A stretch of DNA of 64,000 bases from Diplonema japonicum (Eukaryota; Protista; Euglenozoa: Diplonemea), in NCBI GenBank assembly GCA_964019335.1, contig OZ025706.1:372001-436000 (forward strand), in the 5' to 3' direction. The translations under genes and the position numbers were made by a program. The notes beneath the pieces were generated by a model. It was not told the DNA's origin and ran no database searches. It saw only the letters and a list, made by a program, of their open reading frames with translations. Shown here in pieces: positions 1-11,109 of this stretch (positions are counted from its first letter, which is position 1; the number at the start of each line of letters is the position of its first letter).

Positions 1-70
1 CCTGTCCCTGCTTTATTCTTCGGATCAAATCTTTGTCATAGCCTCTTCCTGGGGAGGACACTCGCGCAGG

Positions 71-73
<3 letters not shown>
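1..73 (-). CDS. 5' end of an unknown gene running off the window (MPARVSSPGRGYDKDLIRRIKQGQ...)
   Basis: ATG at 73 lies directly after a sense-strand poly(A) run, like most other starts here; the frame is open to position 1. Confidence 0.45.
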
Positions 74-104
<31 letters not shown>

Positions 105-550
105 TCGCGCTCCTGGTAGTCTGTTTGGGTTTTGAACCGTTAAACAGGGGAAAAAAAAGAGGAACTGGCCGTTGTTTGTACGTGCCGGGTAAAACCTGGA
201 GAAGTTTGTCAACCCGAAACACGTTGCCAACGTTCCCCTTTTGTTTAGACAAGTCAAAGACTCGTTCTTGCAAAAAAAAGAGCTGAACTCATAACTGAAT
301 TGTCAACTGAGAATAATAAATTCATTCATTTTCGTTGCTTATTTTTTTCTTCCCCCCCCCCCGGTCTCGACAGTCGAATTTCAATAAAGCAAAAAAAAAA
401 AAAAAAAAGAAGCAATCGCCTGACCTTTTTTTCTTCTTCTTCTTCTTCTTTCTTTTTTTTTTTGTGTTTTATTCCGATCATTTTTTTTTTAAACCCCCGA
501 AAAGTGAGATATAAAAAAAAAAGACTATTCAAACTGAAATACCACAGGGG

Positions 551-585
<35 letters not shown>

Positions 586-936
586 GATTTTTTTTTCGAT
601 TGCGAAAAGAAATGGCCATCAGGGCCACCCGATCCTCTACCGTGTATATATTCTGGTAGGTGAAAAAATAACATAAAAAAAATAAAAAAAAATAAAAAAA
701 TAAAAAAAAGAAATCGATATCACATGCAAACACAGTGTGAGAGCCGCAGACCCCAAGAAGAAGGAGAATGGTCAAACTAGGTACTTCAAAGTTCCGAGCG
801 TATCTCGCAAAAATGATAATAATCTTTCAATCCTTTTAGGGTGCCGCTAGCCCCGATACGAGCAGTGAGCCCTTCTATCAAAGCCGAAAGATCACAACGG
901 TTTTCGGGGGACACAAAAAAAAAAAAAAAAAGAAAA

Positions 937-2280
937 TCAGCCAGCATTGGTTATAAGCACAGTATTAACATTAATATCGGAACACATCGTGCTGCTTTCT
1001 TGATCTTCTTCTTCTTCCCGCACGTGGGTTTGCGGGGTGTAACAACAAAAAGTGACACCACACACAGCAAGCAAACCTGCGAAAAGCAAATTATTGTAAA
1101 AACCCCCCTTTGCCGATCCGTACACAGTAGTGAGGAAGGTGGAGACAAAAACCAACACGAATCCTATCTGCGTGGCAAAGAGGAAGAGAAGCGACGACGA
1201 TATTGTTTCTGACAACGAAGGCGTTAATAATACACCAAGATCGAGAAAAAATGGTTGCGAAGTCCCCAACGCAAGCCCGAGCCCGGCACACGTAGCATAG
1301 CACCAACCTACTGGAAACTCATACCATAGAGCAAATGCCAACACACACAACAAACTCGCTGCTAGTAACAAGCATACCGCAATAACTTGCTTGTGATGCG
1401 CACGCCCGAATTTGTCCAAAGAGAGCCCCCCGAGGTACATTCCAGGGATGCCTATCGTCAGCAAGATCACACCGCTTACAGCGATTTCCGTTGAAGAAAA
1501 TCCAGATACCATACTGGAGTCGAGTAACAGCCCGATCGACCAGTAGATAGCGGTGTTCACACCAAAAACGAAGAGGAAGAACGAGAAATTGTATGTCATC
1601 GTCTGCTTCCCCGCTTTGAAAACATCCTTTGCAATGCCCCACATGGTGATCTCGGGGGGGAGATCAGACTGTGGTGTTTCACCAGATTGAAAAAATAAAT
1701 ATATTGCCACAGTTGTCAACGAGATTATGGCTGTTGTTGTTATGTTAATTTTGAGCATCATTTCGTCAAAGTTCGATCCAGAAACGAGAAATCTTGACGT
1801 GAAATATCCTATTGCCATTCCCAACTGGTTTACAAGCCCTGCAATGGCCGTTGCCACGCCTCTGTCCGACGGTGGGAACCAACTTGCTGCCAACATAGTT
1901 GGGACTGTTAAGAAGTATGCTTGTGAAGCTGCAGATGATAGGTTGCTTAGGACCAATAGAGAGAAGCCGAAGTGGGAGTTTCCTACCAGTGTCGAGGGGA
2001 TCCTGATTGCCGACCCCAAGCTGTTTAATAAGCCCGCCATGATAGTGGCCTTTCGCAAACCGTCTTCGCTGTTTAGGACGGTGAGGCCGGATAGTAGTGA
2101 ACCTAGGAAGGTCAGGTAGAACACTTGGCCTACACCGTTTACAAGGCCTGCACTTACGTCAAATCGATCTTCTACCAGATCTGAGATGGCGCCCACGGAC
2201 AGGAACATGACACCGTTGGTTATGCTTGGCACGCAGAATAGGGCGAGCATCGCCCATCTTTTCGGGTCCCGCCGTTCCAT
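937..2280 (-). CDS. MFS transporter, FLVCR/SLC49-like
   Basis: 447 aa with about 12 hydrophobic segments; RWAMLALF..N at the N-terminus and LAASWFPPSDRGVATAIAGLVNQLG are typical of FLVCR-type MFS proteins. Confidence 0.85.
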   Translation of the reverse strand: MERRDPKRWAMLALFCVPSITNGVMFLSVGAISDLVEDRFDVSAGLVNGVGQVFYLTFLGSLLSGLTVLNSEDGLRKATIMAGLLNSLGSAIRIPSTLVGNSHFGFSLLVLSNLSSAASQAYFLTVPTMLAASWFPPSDRGVATAIAGLVNQLGMAIGYFTSRFLVSGSNFDEMMLKINITTTAIISLTTVAIYLFFQSGETPQSDLPPEITMWGIAKDVFKAGKQTMTYNFSFFLFVFGVNTAIYWSIGLLLDSSMVSGFSSTEIAVSGVILLTIGIPGMYLGGLSLDKFGRAHHKQVIAVCLLLAASLLCVLAFALWYEFPVGWCYATCAGLGLALGTSQPFFLDLGVLLTPSLSETISSSLLFLFATQIGFVLVFVSTFLTTVYGSAKGGFYNNLLFAGLLAVCGVTFCCYTPQTHVREEEEDQESSTMCSDINVNTVLITNAG

Positions 2281-2653
2281 ATTTTCCCGCCCCTGAAAAG
2301 AATTCGGTGGGGATAGAAAAAAAAAAGGAAAAAAAAAAAAGTGAGGAAAGAAAAAAAAAAATAAAAAGGGAAAAATATAAAAAATGAGAGAGAAAGGGGG
2401 TAAAAAAAAATAAAAAATAAGAAATAAAAAAGATCGTGGTAGGTGGGTGGGGGGGGGGGGGGGGGGAGATGGAATTATAAAAATAAAAGGAAGGGGGTGG
2501 AGGGGTGGGGGGGATGAGCCTGGGAGATAAAAAAAAGAAAAGGTAAAAAAAAAAAAGGAGGGATGGAACTTTTTTTTTGGGGGGGTACTTACTTATCTGC
2601 TTCTTTATTTTTTTCCTCCGTTTTTTTTTTTTTTTTTCTTTTTTTTTTTTTTT

Positions 2654-3172
2654 TCACCAAGTAGGTGTTCCCTGTTCGTCAGGTCCTTTGCTCCAGAGGG
2701 ACGAAATGAGATCTTCCGGCTCGTGACCGGGGGCCTGAGTAGGCTCAGAAGGCAGTAAAGAAAGTACTGAACGGGCAAGGTGGGTAAGGGCAGAAAGTTG
2801 AGTAGCCCTGGTGGTTGCCTCCAGTTCACGGGCCATAATGAGAGATTGCACTGCCTCTTTGAGTGACGCTAGCTGGCGGTCGTGTTCCCTGTACTGGGCA
2901 AGAGCGGCGTGTTCAGCTTTCCTATAATATTGTGACCCCTTGCCTTCTAGGTGTGCGGCCACGGCAGGGTCGCTTTGCAGGGCGGTGACCGCTTCCCTGA
3001 TTTTCTTTATCTGCGCGGCAGCAGTCCCTTCACCCGGACCCCCGCCAGGTGTGAAGGGCTTGGCCCTTGTGTTAAGACCCCTCCCCGAGATCTTTAACTG
3101 CTTGTCCCGCTCATTGGGGTACTCACCCTTCGCAAGCAGCTCCATGAAACTCTTAACTTGCAGCACCGCACT

Positions 3173-3208
<36 letters not shown>

Positions 3209-3422
3209 GAAATACTTTTCCTGTGCTTCTTGATATTTTTTCGGTGGGACTGTTTTATTCTGCTCTAAAATCGATCCTTTTCTCACCTTTTTTTTTTTTT
3301 TTTTTTTTTTTCTTCTTTTCCCCCAAACCTTTTCATCCCCTCTAAACTGCACATCCAACAGCATCTTAGCAGACACCCCTCCATAGTCCATTTCAAAGAT
3401 CATGTCGTGTAGCAGCAATTTC

Positions 3423-3463
<41 letters not shown>

Positions 3464-4529
3464 CCCGCATACATTCTTGGGCAGCTTCTGTATCAACAAG
3501 TTCTATGAAAAAACAGAAAGGCCGGGGTTTCATGCTAGAGTGGGAGTGATCCAGCACATAGTACTTCATCTTGTCAGCTATGGCCAGTGCGGCATCAAGG
3601 TCCGCGAGGTTGCCCTGTTGGACCTGCAGGACTAGAAGCTGGGCCAGTGTGAGCGCAACTAGGTTACTCACGTGAAGGCCCTTGGCTTCGACCTTCATGT
3701 CCAAGTCGATTAGTTGAGGCTGTTGGTTTTGAAGAAAGAAAAAAAAAGGGGGGGTGGATACCAAGTCCGACTCTTCCCCTTCTTGTCTTTCTTTTCTTTT
3801 GCTGTTTAATTCGACACCTGCTTCGCCAAAGCCGAGCCGCTTTGCTAAGATGGTGGCAAACATCAGCCTGCTAACTGCGTCGCTCCGTTCAGTTGTTTCG
3901 GTAGGGAAAGCGTGGATGAACTGTGGGGGGGGGGGGAGAGAATGGTTTTTTTTTTTTTTTTTTTTTTTTATTTTCCCCGTACCAGCTGGCTTTGCCGTTT
4001 AGGGTAGGTTATTGCACCCCTCGCCTTCTTGACCTTAAGTTGTATCGGCTGTGCGTCGTTGTAGAAGGGGACTTTTAATGGCGATCGCTAGATTTTTTTT
4101 TTTTTTTTTTTTTTTTTTCCATACAGAAATATGATACAGGCATTTTGTGCAGCTTGCAAACACGCAATCATCTTGCGTGCATATTTTCCCTCCGTTTTCG
4201 TCCACTACCGCGTTGCAGTCGGCGCCGCTGCACTCTTTTGTCAGGTTCACATTTTTGGGGAAGTCTGACAGCGGGTGGCCCTTGCGGCACCTTGGGACCA
4301 ACACTTTCAGCAACACCGATGGGTCCTCCAGTTTGAATAGGACCTTCCCCGTGCTCACCGACCTGAAGGAGCTCGTCCTGCCCCCTTTGTAAATTTTCGC
4401 ATCCAAAAATCTCATTCTTGTAAACTCACCCGTAGGTCCCCAGTTGCTCTCTATTGTGCTCTTTATAGCACGGTCCGTCATCGTGACGGGGCAATTTTCA
4501 ACTATAAACGCCTGGTCGTTTCCGTCCAT
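2654..4529 (-). CDS. Multi-exon putative RNA-binding protein (degenerate RRM-like segments, Cys-rich insert, PAM2-like motif)
   Basis: Three ORF-track fragments join into one frame after removing GT-AG introns 4088-4124, 3921-3982, 3720-3761, 3424-3472, 3287-3328 and 3171-3215. Motifs: AFIVENCP...(RNP2-like), FCFFIELVDTEAA (RNP1-like), GLNTRAKPFTP (PAM2-like). Confidence 0.7.
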
Positions 4530-4581
4530 TTTTTTTTTTTTTTTTTTTTTTTTTGTAATAAAAAAAAAGAGTGTACTGAAC

Positions 4582-4613
<32 letters not shown>

Positions 4614-4782
4614 GGCAGTTTGACGCAAAAGAGTGAGACAAAAACAAAAATAAAAAAAAAAAAAAAAAAAAAAAAAAACTGAATGATGAAAGTTGGAAGT
4701 GTGGGAAAGGGGGAAAAACCTTTTCACCCCATTTCCCCATCTCCTTTCATTTTTTTTTCTCCCTGAAGCGGTACGTGACTGG

Positions 4783-4814
<32 letters not shown>

Positions 4815-5332
4815 ATAGGGTGAAAATTTCAAATTTCGCTGGGCTCCATTATTTTTCAGGTTGTAAAATCTGGACAACCCCCACCGTAAAAGCCTTTTCA
4901 AGTTATTTTTCAGACCCCCTCAAAAAATAAAAAAAATTCGGAAAACCCTCACCAAGTGGGAAGAAAGAGAAATAAAAAAAATGAATGAAGAAAGAAAGAA
5001 AGAAAAAAAGGTCTTATTCCCTCCCTCACTCTAATCCTGCACTCACCCCACCCCCCCTTTTTTTGCCCTTACAACGATACTAGAAATCAAACACCCTTAC
5101 CATCCCCCAAAGGACAGAAGTGGTAAATGTTCCTGGATCTTTACTAGATGGGAAACAAAAATAAAAGGAAGGGGAAATAAAGGTGCTAGAGCGAGGTTCT
5201 TACTGGCCTGGAGGAAATTAAGACAATTAAAAAAAAAAGAAAATCTACACCAAAAGAAATTAGCTATTTGTTCGTCATTGAACAACTAAGAGGAAAAAAA
5301 AATGGACAGAGACGGTAGGTCTGCGGGGGGAG

Positions 5333-5366
<34 letters not shown>

Positions 5367-6016
5367 CACTCTTCAGAAATTACTTCACGCTAAATCTCAT
5401 TACTTCACGGTGAAATAATGGCCTGTTTTCCGTGAAGTAATAGGGGGTTTCCGTTAAATAATATGCCTCGGTAGGCCAATTTTTGCCTCGGTTCGGTTCC
5501 CAGTGGGGCTACTTTTTCCTCTCAGTTTGCTATTTCCCCCCAGGTTCAGCTCAATTGGCCAACTTTTGCCTCGGCTCAGTTCCAAGTTGGACTACTTTTT
5601 CCTCCCAATTTGCCCACTTTTGGCTAGGCCTTGTTCCCTGTTTCTGTGGGTAACTCTTCTGTGGGTAAGGGTAACTTAGTCAGCTTACCCAAGCACCCCA
5701 AAAGACTTCAAAATACCGAAGCAGCAGAAAAAAAGGAGCCAGCGGCCGCGCTAGGTATGGGAAGGCCTGATTAGAGATGGTGACAGTGGCAATGCCAGCG
5801 ACAGCGGCAGCTCTTAGTCAACAAAAGGAGGAAAAACAACTTGTATTGTAACCTTTGTAACTCCTCTCTTGTTGTACCCCTTGTCACCCTGTTGTACCCC
5901 TCGTGGTGAAGTAATTTCAGAGTGTCATGAAATAAAACCACTTACCTACCGCCAAGTAATGCTTTACCGACCTCGAGGTAACGGTAAAGTCATTACTTGT
6001 TGGCAGTAAATAGCTA
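5367..6016 (+). mobile_element. Non-autonomous Helentron/DINE-like element, copy 1
   Basis: Similar along its length to 29795-30332. Subterminal inverted repeats (cactct..gaaattacttcac at about 5367-5388; gtgaagtaatttcagagtg at 5906-5924), a 5' hairpin (attacttcacgg/ccgtgaagtaat), a 3' stem-loop at about 5947-6009 and T-run flanks. Confidence 0.65.
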
Positions 6017-6410
6017 TTTTTTTTTTTTCTTCCTTTCCCCCTCTTGTGTAGGCCACAATGAGCACAGAAGGGGAATTAAAAAAAAGGGGGGGGAGGGGAG
6101 AGAGAGGAACGGTAAATTATACTTTTGACAGAATTTTTATAAAAAGGAAAAAAGTTGATTTTTTTTTTTTATAAATTTGTTCTTCCTCTTCTTCTTCTTT
6201 TTCATTTTTTTTTTAATGTAATTTCCACCACAAAAATCAGTGTTTTTGGTGGGAATAAGAAAAGAAAATAAACACGAAAACAAAACAAAGGGGATAAAAA
6301 AAAAAAAGAAATGCTTTAAAGGAATTCTCCCACATCACATCACATCACACACACGCCCCCCTTACTACAAAATTATTTTCATCTGCTGTAATCTCTTAGC
6401 TTTTCCTGGA

Positions 6411-6467
6411 CACGAGCGGAATTTTACCTAATAAAATAGCTCATTACGCTGCCATCAACTAGTTTTT
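6411..6467 (+). repeat. 57-nt dispersed repeat shared with the interior of the hAT element (36683-36740)
   Basis: cacgagcggaattttacctaataaaatagctcattacgctgccatcaactagttttt is near-identical at both loci. Confidence 0.8.
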
Positions 6468-6848
6468 AGTCTCGACAATAATATTGTTAAAACAAAAAGA
6501 AAGACTCAATTCCTTCCCAGAGACGAATCCTATTTTGTTATTGTATTTCCTGGCTTCTTGGATTCGAGGCAACTAAGGCAGAAACCTTCCACAAAATTAA
6601 GAGATTTTACAGCATTCCCTTTTTCTTTTTTTTCTTTTTGTTTCTCCCTTCCTCTTTCCTCCTTTTTTTCCCCCCCTTTCGAACACCACGCGCTTATACT
6701 TCTGTGAACAAAAAAAAAATCACAGTAAACAACAAAAACTAAAAAAAGGAATTGAAGGAGGTGAGGCAAAAGAGAATACAACTATAAAAAAAAAAAAAAA
6801 AAACCAACTATCTTTTTTTTTGGCGCTTTGTGTATTAGCAGAATTTCT

Positions 6849-6906
<58 letters not shown>

Positions 6907-7096
6907 GTGTAGCTTACGGGGGTAGAGAGAGAGAAAAAAAAAAAGAAAGAGCTGTGGGGAGACGAAAAAAAAAAAAAAAAGAAGGCGCTCCGGCGAGAAG
7001 GCTCCACTTTAAGGAAAAAACAAAAAAACAAAAAAAAAAAAAACAAAGAGAGAGAGGGAACATTTTTTTTTCTTTTTTTTTTTTTCTTCTTCCTCC

Positions 7097-7936
7097 TTAC
7101 ACCACCAAAACTTTTTCAGAATCCTTCTCCACAAGCATACTTTCCATTCTATAATACAAAGGCTTCAACTGCTCATAGAGGATGAACTGGATGGTGCAAT
7201 GCGGCCCCTTGCGCATCCAGTTGGGGAAGGACCCCTTATACAAGGCAAGGATCCCCTCGTTACGGTACGTGGTGAACAGGACAGAGAGGAGAGATGTGGG
7301 TGTGGATGTGGACATCAACCGTGTTTTTGCAACGTCAAAGGGGTTGCTCGCGGAGACGCAAACGGCGGATGCGCACAAACTGGCTGTGAAGTGAAGTGTG
7401 ACGACAGGTAGGGAAGCAAAGTAAGGCGCAAGTAATTGTTTCGCCTGTTCGTATGTTGCCAGCTCTGCTGCGTTGACAACGAACGCCCTCTGCATCGCAG
7501 GAGCAACACCAGCAGCACATCCTTTAAACCCTTCATTCTTCACAAGGTCTTTCAGACCCGACAAAACATTTGTGTAGCCAAACTTCCCGCTTTGCATACG
7601 AACTTTGATGACGTCAAGCGGATTTACCATAGCTACGGAGATAGCACCCATACTGCCCCCTACCATTAGCTTTTGCATGTATGTGTCCCTCTTGAACCCT
7701 GTACCGTTGTAGAGACCAAAGCAAAGGCCTGAGTATGTGCCCTGTCGCCCGACTGCCGCCCCGCACCCTCGGAACAAAGCCTTCCAACCCTCCTTTTTCA
7801 CGATCTCCATGAAGGTGGGTACCGCCCTCCCGAAGCCTTGCTGCTTCAATTGAAGTCTCACCTTCGTCGTGTCGATGGGCATGGTGCACACCTCGGCCAC
7901 GGAGGCTCCTATCGCTGCCGTTACCGCGTGATCCAT
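7097..7936 (-). CDS. Mitochondrial carrier (SLC25, UCP/dicarboxylate/oxoglutarate-like)
   Basis: Three Px[DE]xx[KR]xR signatures (PIDTTKVR, PLDVIKVR, PFDVAKTR) and ALYKGSFPNWMR; ATG at 7936 follows poly(A). Confidence 0.93.
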   Translation of the reverse strand: MDHAVTAAIGASVAEVCTMPIDTTKVRLQLKQQGFGRAVPTFMEIVKKEGWKALFRGCGAAVGRQGTYSGLCFGLYNGTGFKRDTYMQKLMVGGSMGAISVAMVNPLDVIKVRMQSGKFGYTNVLSGLKDLVKNEGFKGCAAGVAPAMQRAFVVNAAELATYEQAKQLLAPYFASLPVVTLHFTASLCASAVCVSASNPFDVAKTRLMSTSTPTSLLSVLFTTYRNEGILALYKGSFPNWMRKGPHCTIQFILYEQLKPLYYRMESMLVEKDSEKVLVV

Positions 7937-8210
7937 TTTTTTTTTTTTTTTTTTTTTTTTGTTGTGTGGTGTGATGTCCTTTTTTTTTTTTTTTTTTTTT
8001 TTTTTTTCAAATGTTGCTGGTGAAACACGCAAACAGGGGAAGTGAGGGGTGCTCCCCTCGTTGAAAATCGTGTCTTGCTGCCAGAAGAAGAAAAAAAGGG
8101 ATTTAAAAAAAAAAATAATAATAAGAGGGGATGGGGGATGGTGTGGTAGGGGGAGAAAAAAAAAAGGGGGGCGGGGAAGGTAATTGGAAGGAGGAGTAAT
8201 ACTACTAGGG

Positions 8211-8245
<35 letters not shown>

Positions 8246-9055
8246 TGTCGGTGAAAAAATTCAAGGTCTATGTGAAGGGATAAAAAGGGGGAAAAAAAAA
8301 GGAGGGGGGAGGGAGGTGAAGAGGGAGGGAAAGAAGAAGAAAAACACGTGGAATATGGAACATAAAGGAAGGGAAAGAGGGAGGAAGAAGCAAGAGGCAG
8401 CGAGGAAGAAGAAGAAGAAGAAAACGCAAATTTTCTAACATTATATCCTCTCTATCTTTCAAACTTAATTCATCAAAATAGGAATGATTATCCATTGACA
8501 AAATATAGGGATTTATTGACTATTATTATTTTTACCCCCCTTCTTTTCTTCTTCTCCTTCTTTTTCGTTCCCCTCTCTGTCCTTTTCTCCTCTCTATCTC
8601 TTCCTTTTTTTTTTCCCTTCTTCTTTTCCTCTCTTCGGGGAAGGGAAACGGGGGGAAGGGGAAAAAAAAAAAAAAAAAAACAACGCCGGTTGGATAGTAA
8701 AGGTTTTTTTTTTTTTTTTTTTTTTCTTTTTTTTTTTTCCTCCACCTCCCACTAACAACCATTAATTAAACCCCTCTCTAATTTACTTTCTTCGTTGTCG
8801 TCTGGTCAAAGAAAATACAAGGGAGGTGCTCTACTCAGTAGTTCCCTTGAATTATTTTCTCCCCCCTTTTACTGAAGTATAACATGAGAGAGCGTAAAAT
8901 AACTACTCGTTTTTGCCCAAATGAAAAATTTAAAATGTCAATCGTTACTGGCACGGATAGGAAAACCCCGACGGCCAGAGACATTTTTTTTTTTTGTTTG
9001 TTTTTGTTTTGTTTTCCAAGAGACATGTGAAGTAACATTACTCGTTGTGAATAAA

Positions 9056-9086
<31 letters not shown>

Positions 9087-10034
9087 CTGGGTTCGGAGGG
9101 GGGAAAGGACCTCCCTTCTTCTCTTTAAGGAGCAGGAAGAAGGGAAGGGGGAAAAGGAGGGGGAAAGGGGGTTATAAAACATCAAACACACGGCAAAAAA
9201 AAGGGGGGGAAAGAATGGGGGGGGGGGGGGGGGGGAGACAAGCGGAAATCAACAACTTTTTTTCTTCTTTTGTGTGTGCGTCACCTCTTTTTTTTCTTTT
9301 TTTTTTTTTCCTCCTCTTCGCCTCTGCCTTCTTGTATTAAAGTGGGGTGACAGTGTTACCCAGTTATTTAAAGCTCTAGGGGCAAAATGAGCAGGCACCC
9401 ATATCTCTTCATTTTCACAAACAAAAAAAAGGGGGAGAAAGCTAGCCCTACTTTCAAAAAAAAATAAAAGATGTATGGGCTGCCAATTCTTTTTTTCTCT
9501 TTTTATTGTTTTTTTTTTTTCCCGTAAGAGATATTTGTGCAGTCCTGATAAGGCGCACTTTTTTTCTTTCTTTTTTTTTTTTGAAACATATTAGGATGGC
9601 GGTAGAAGGGATGAATACAGGAGAAGATAAAAAAAAATAAGGGCGCTTGAGATTAAGTTTAGAAAAAGAGAAAAGAAGGAGAAGAAGAAGAGGACAGACC
9701 ATACTCTTTCCCCCCCCTTTTCCCTGAGATGAAACAAATTCATCATTTTATAAACCAACCCCCCCCCCTTTTTTGTTCTCTTCTTCCTGTTTCACCCAAA
9801 GGTTTCTTGTGATCGCAAAAAAAAAAAAAAAAAAAGGAAAACACACAACGGCGGAGGGGGAAAAAAGAAATATCTTTCGAATTTTTTTTTATCCTCCTTT
9901 TTTCTTTGGCTTTGTTCTCGTCTAAAAAAATCTACCCCCACTTTTTTTTTTCCCTGTTCATTTTTTTTTCATGTGTGTGAGGGGGGGGGGGGGGGGGACA
10001 TTAAAAAAAAACTTTCCCAAAAAAAAAAAATCTT

Positions 10035-10974
10035 TTACCCATATCCCATCCCTCGTTCAACAGCATTGAGCCTGTTCTGTGGGAGCACGCTGTAAAGGTT
10101 TTTTTTTTTAAAAAAAACTTTAAAAAAAAAAAAAGAAATACTTATAGCTCAGCATCGAATTCATGGACATATCCTTCGTCCGTCTCTTCGGCCTTTTGGG
10201 GAGGTAAGCCGGCTTCCCAACATTCTGAGGGCTGTGAGAGTGTGGATGGGCGTGTAAGCTGTGACCCACGGCCGGGAAGGGCCAGCGAACCGATACGTAA
10301 GCTTCGTAAAACGAAAGCACCACGGGAGAGTACCCCACCTCATTGTGGAGGAAGAAGTAAACATCTTCAGGTGTATGGCACGATGCCAGCGAAGAGGCAA
10401 AAACCGATGGAGGAAAGGGCAATGGGTAAGGTAGATGCTTAGACAGCTCGTAGGACTCCGACTCCGCCCATTGGTACGCCGCCTCGTCAAACTCATATTG
10501 AGTAGGCTGAGGTGGTGGCGGTGCTACGCTCCCTGTTGCAGGTGCGGCTGTAGCGGGTACCCAGGGGATGGCATTGGGGTTGATACCGGCTTTAGCTTCC
10601 GGTTTTGCAGGTTTTTTAGCATCGGCATAAGTAGTTAGAACCTCAAGCTTCTCGCAACGTACTATAGTAGAAGCATCTAGGAGCCCTGACACGACCCACT
10701 CCTCTATTTCTTCCCATGAGTATTCACCGCACCAATCGCAACTGCTTCCCGGTTTTAAGTATTCCCACATTGCTGCGGAGGCCTCAGGTGCCGAGCTGCT
10801 TCCTTCGTCTTCGTTTGTCCCGTCGTCGTCACCCCAGACAACGCCCCAAATAGCGTCTAGGATGGACACCCCACCGCTTTTTTCTTCGAAACCGTGCTCT
10901 GACCCTGTTTCGCGGGCTTGGTTTTGACGGACTTCCTCCTCCCATCCGACTGGCAACATTCCAAAAGTGGGCAT
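10035..10974 (-). CDS. GYF-domain protein with PAM2 motif (GIGYF-like)
   Basis: GYF-like WEYLKP..GEYSWEEIEEWVVSGLL and PAM2 GINPNAIPWVP. Removing intron 10090-10141 gives the C-terminus LSYNVLPQNRLNAVERGMGYG*, reminiscent of the GIGYF tail. Confidence 0.75.
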
Positions 10975-11109
10975 TTCTTCTTTTTTTTTTTTTTTTTTTT
11001 TTTTTTCCAAAAAAAAAAAAAGTATGTGTAGGACTTTTTTTTTTTTTTTTTTTTTTTTTCCCAGGGAGAAAAAAAAAAAAAAGAAAAAAAAAAAAAAAAA
11101 AATTCGGGT

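Noticed and set aside
2654-4529. Decayed retrotransposon gag/ORF1
   Set aside because: Every interruption is bounded by GT...AG and splicing restores one frame; no RT or integrase is nearby.
8268-8501. 77-aa minus-strand ORF (MSMDNHSYF...)
   Set aside because: It degenerates into low-complexity sequence with no motif; not supportable as a gene.
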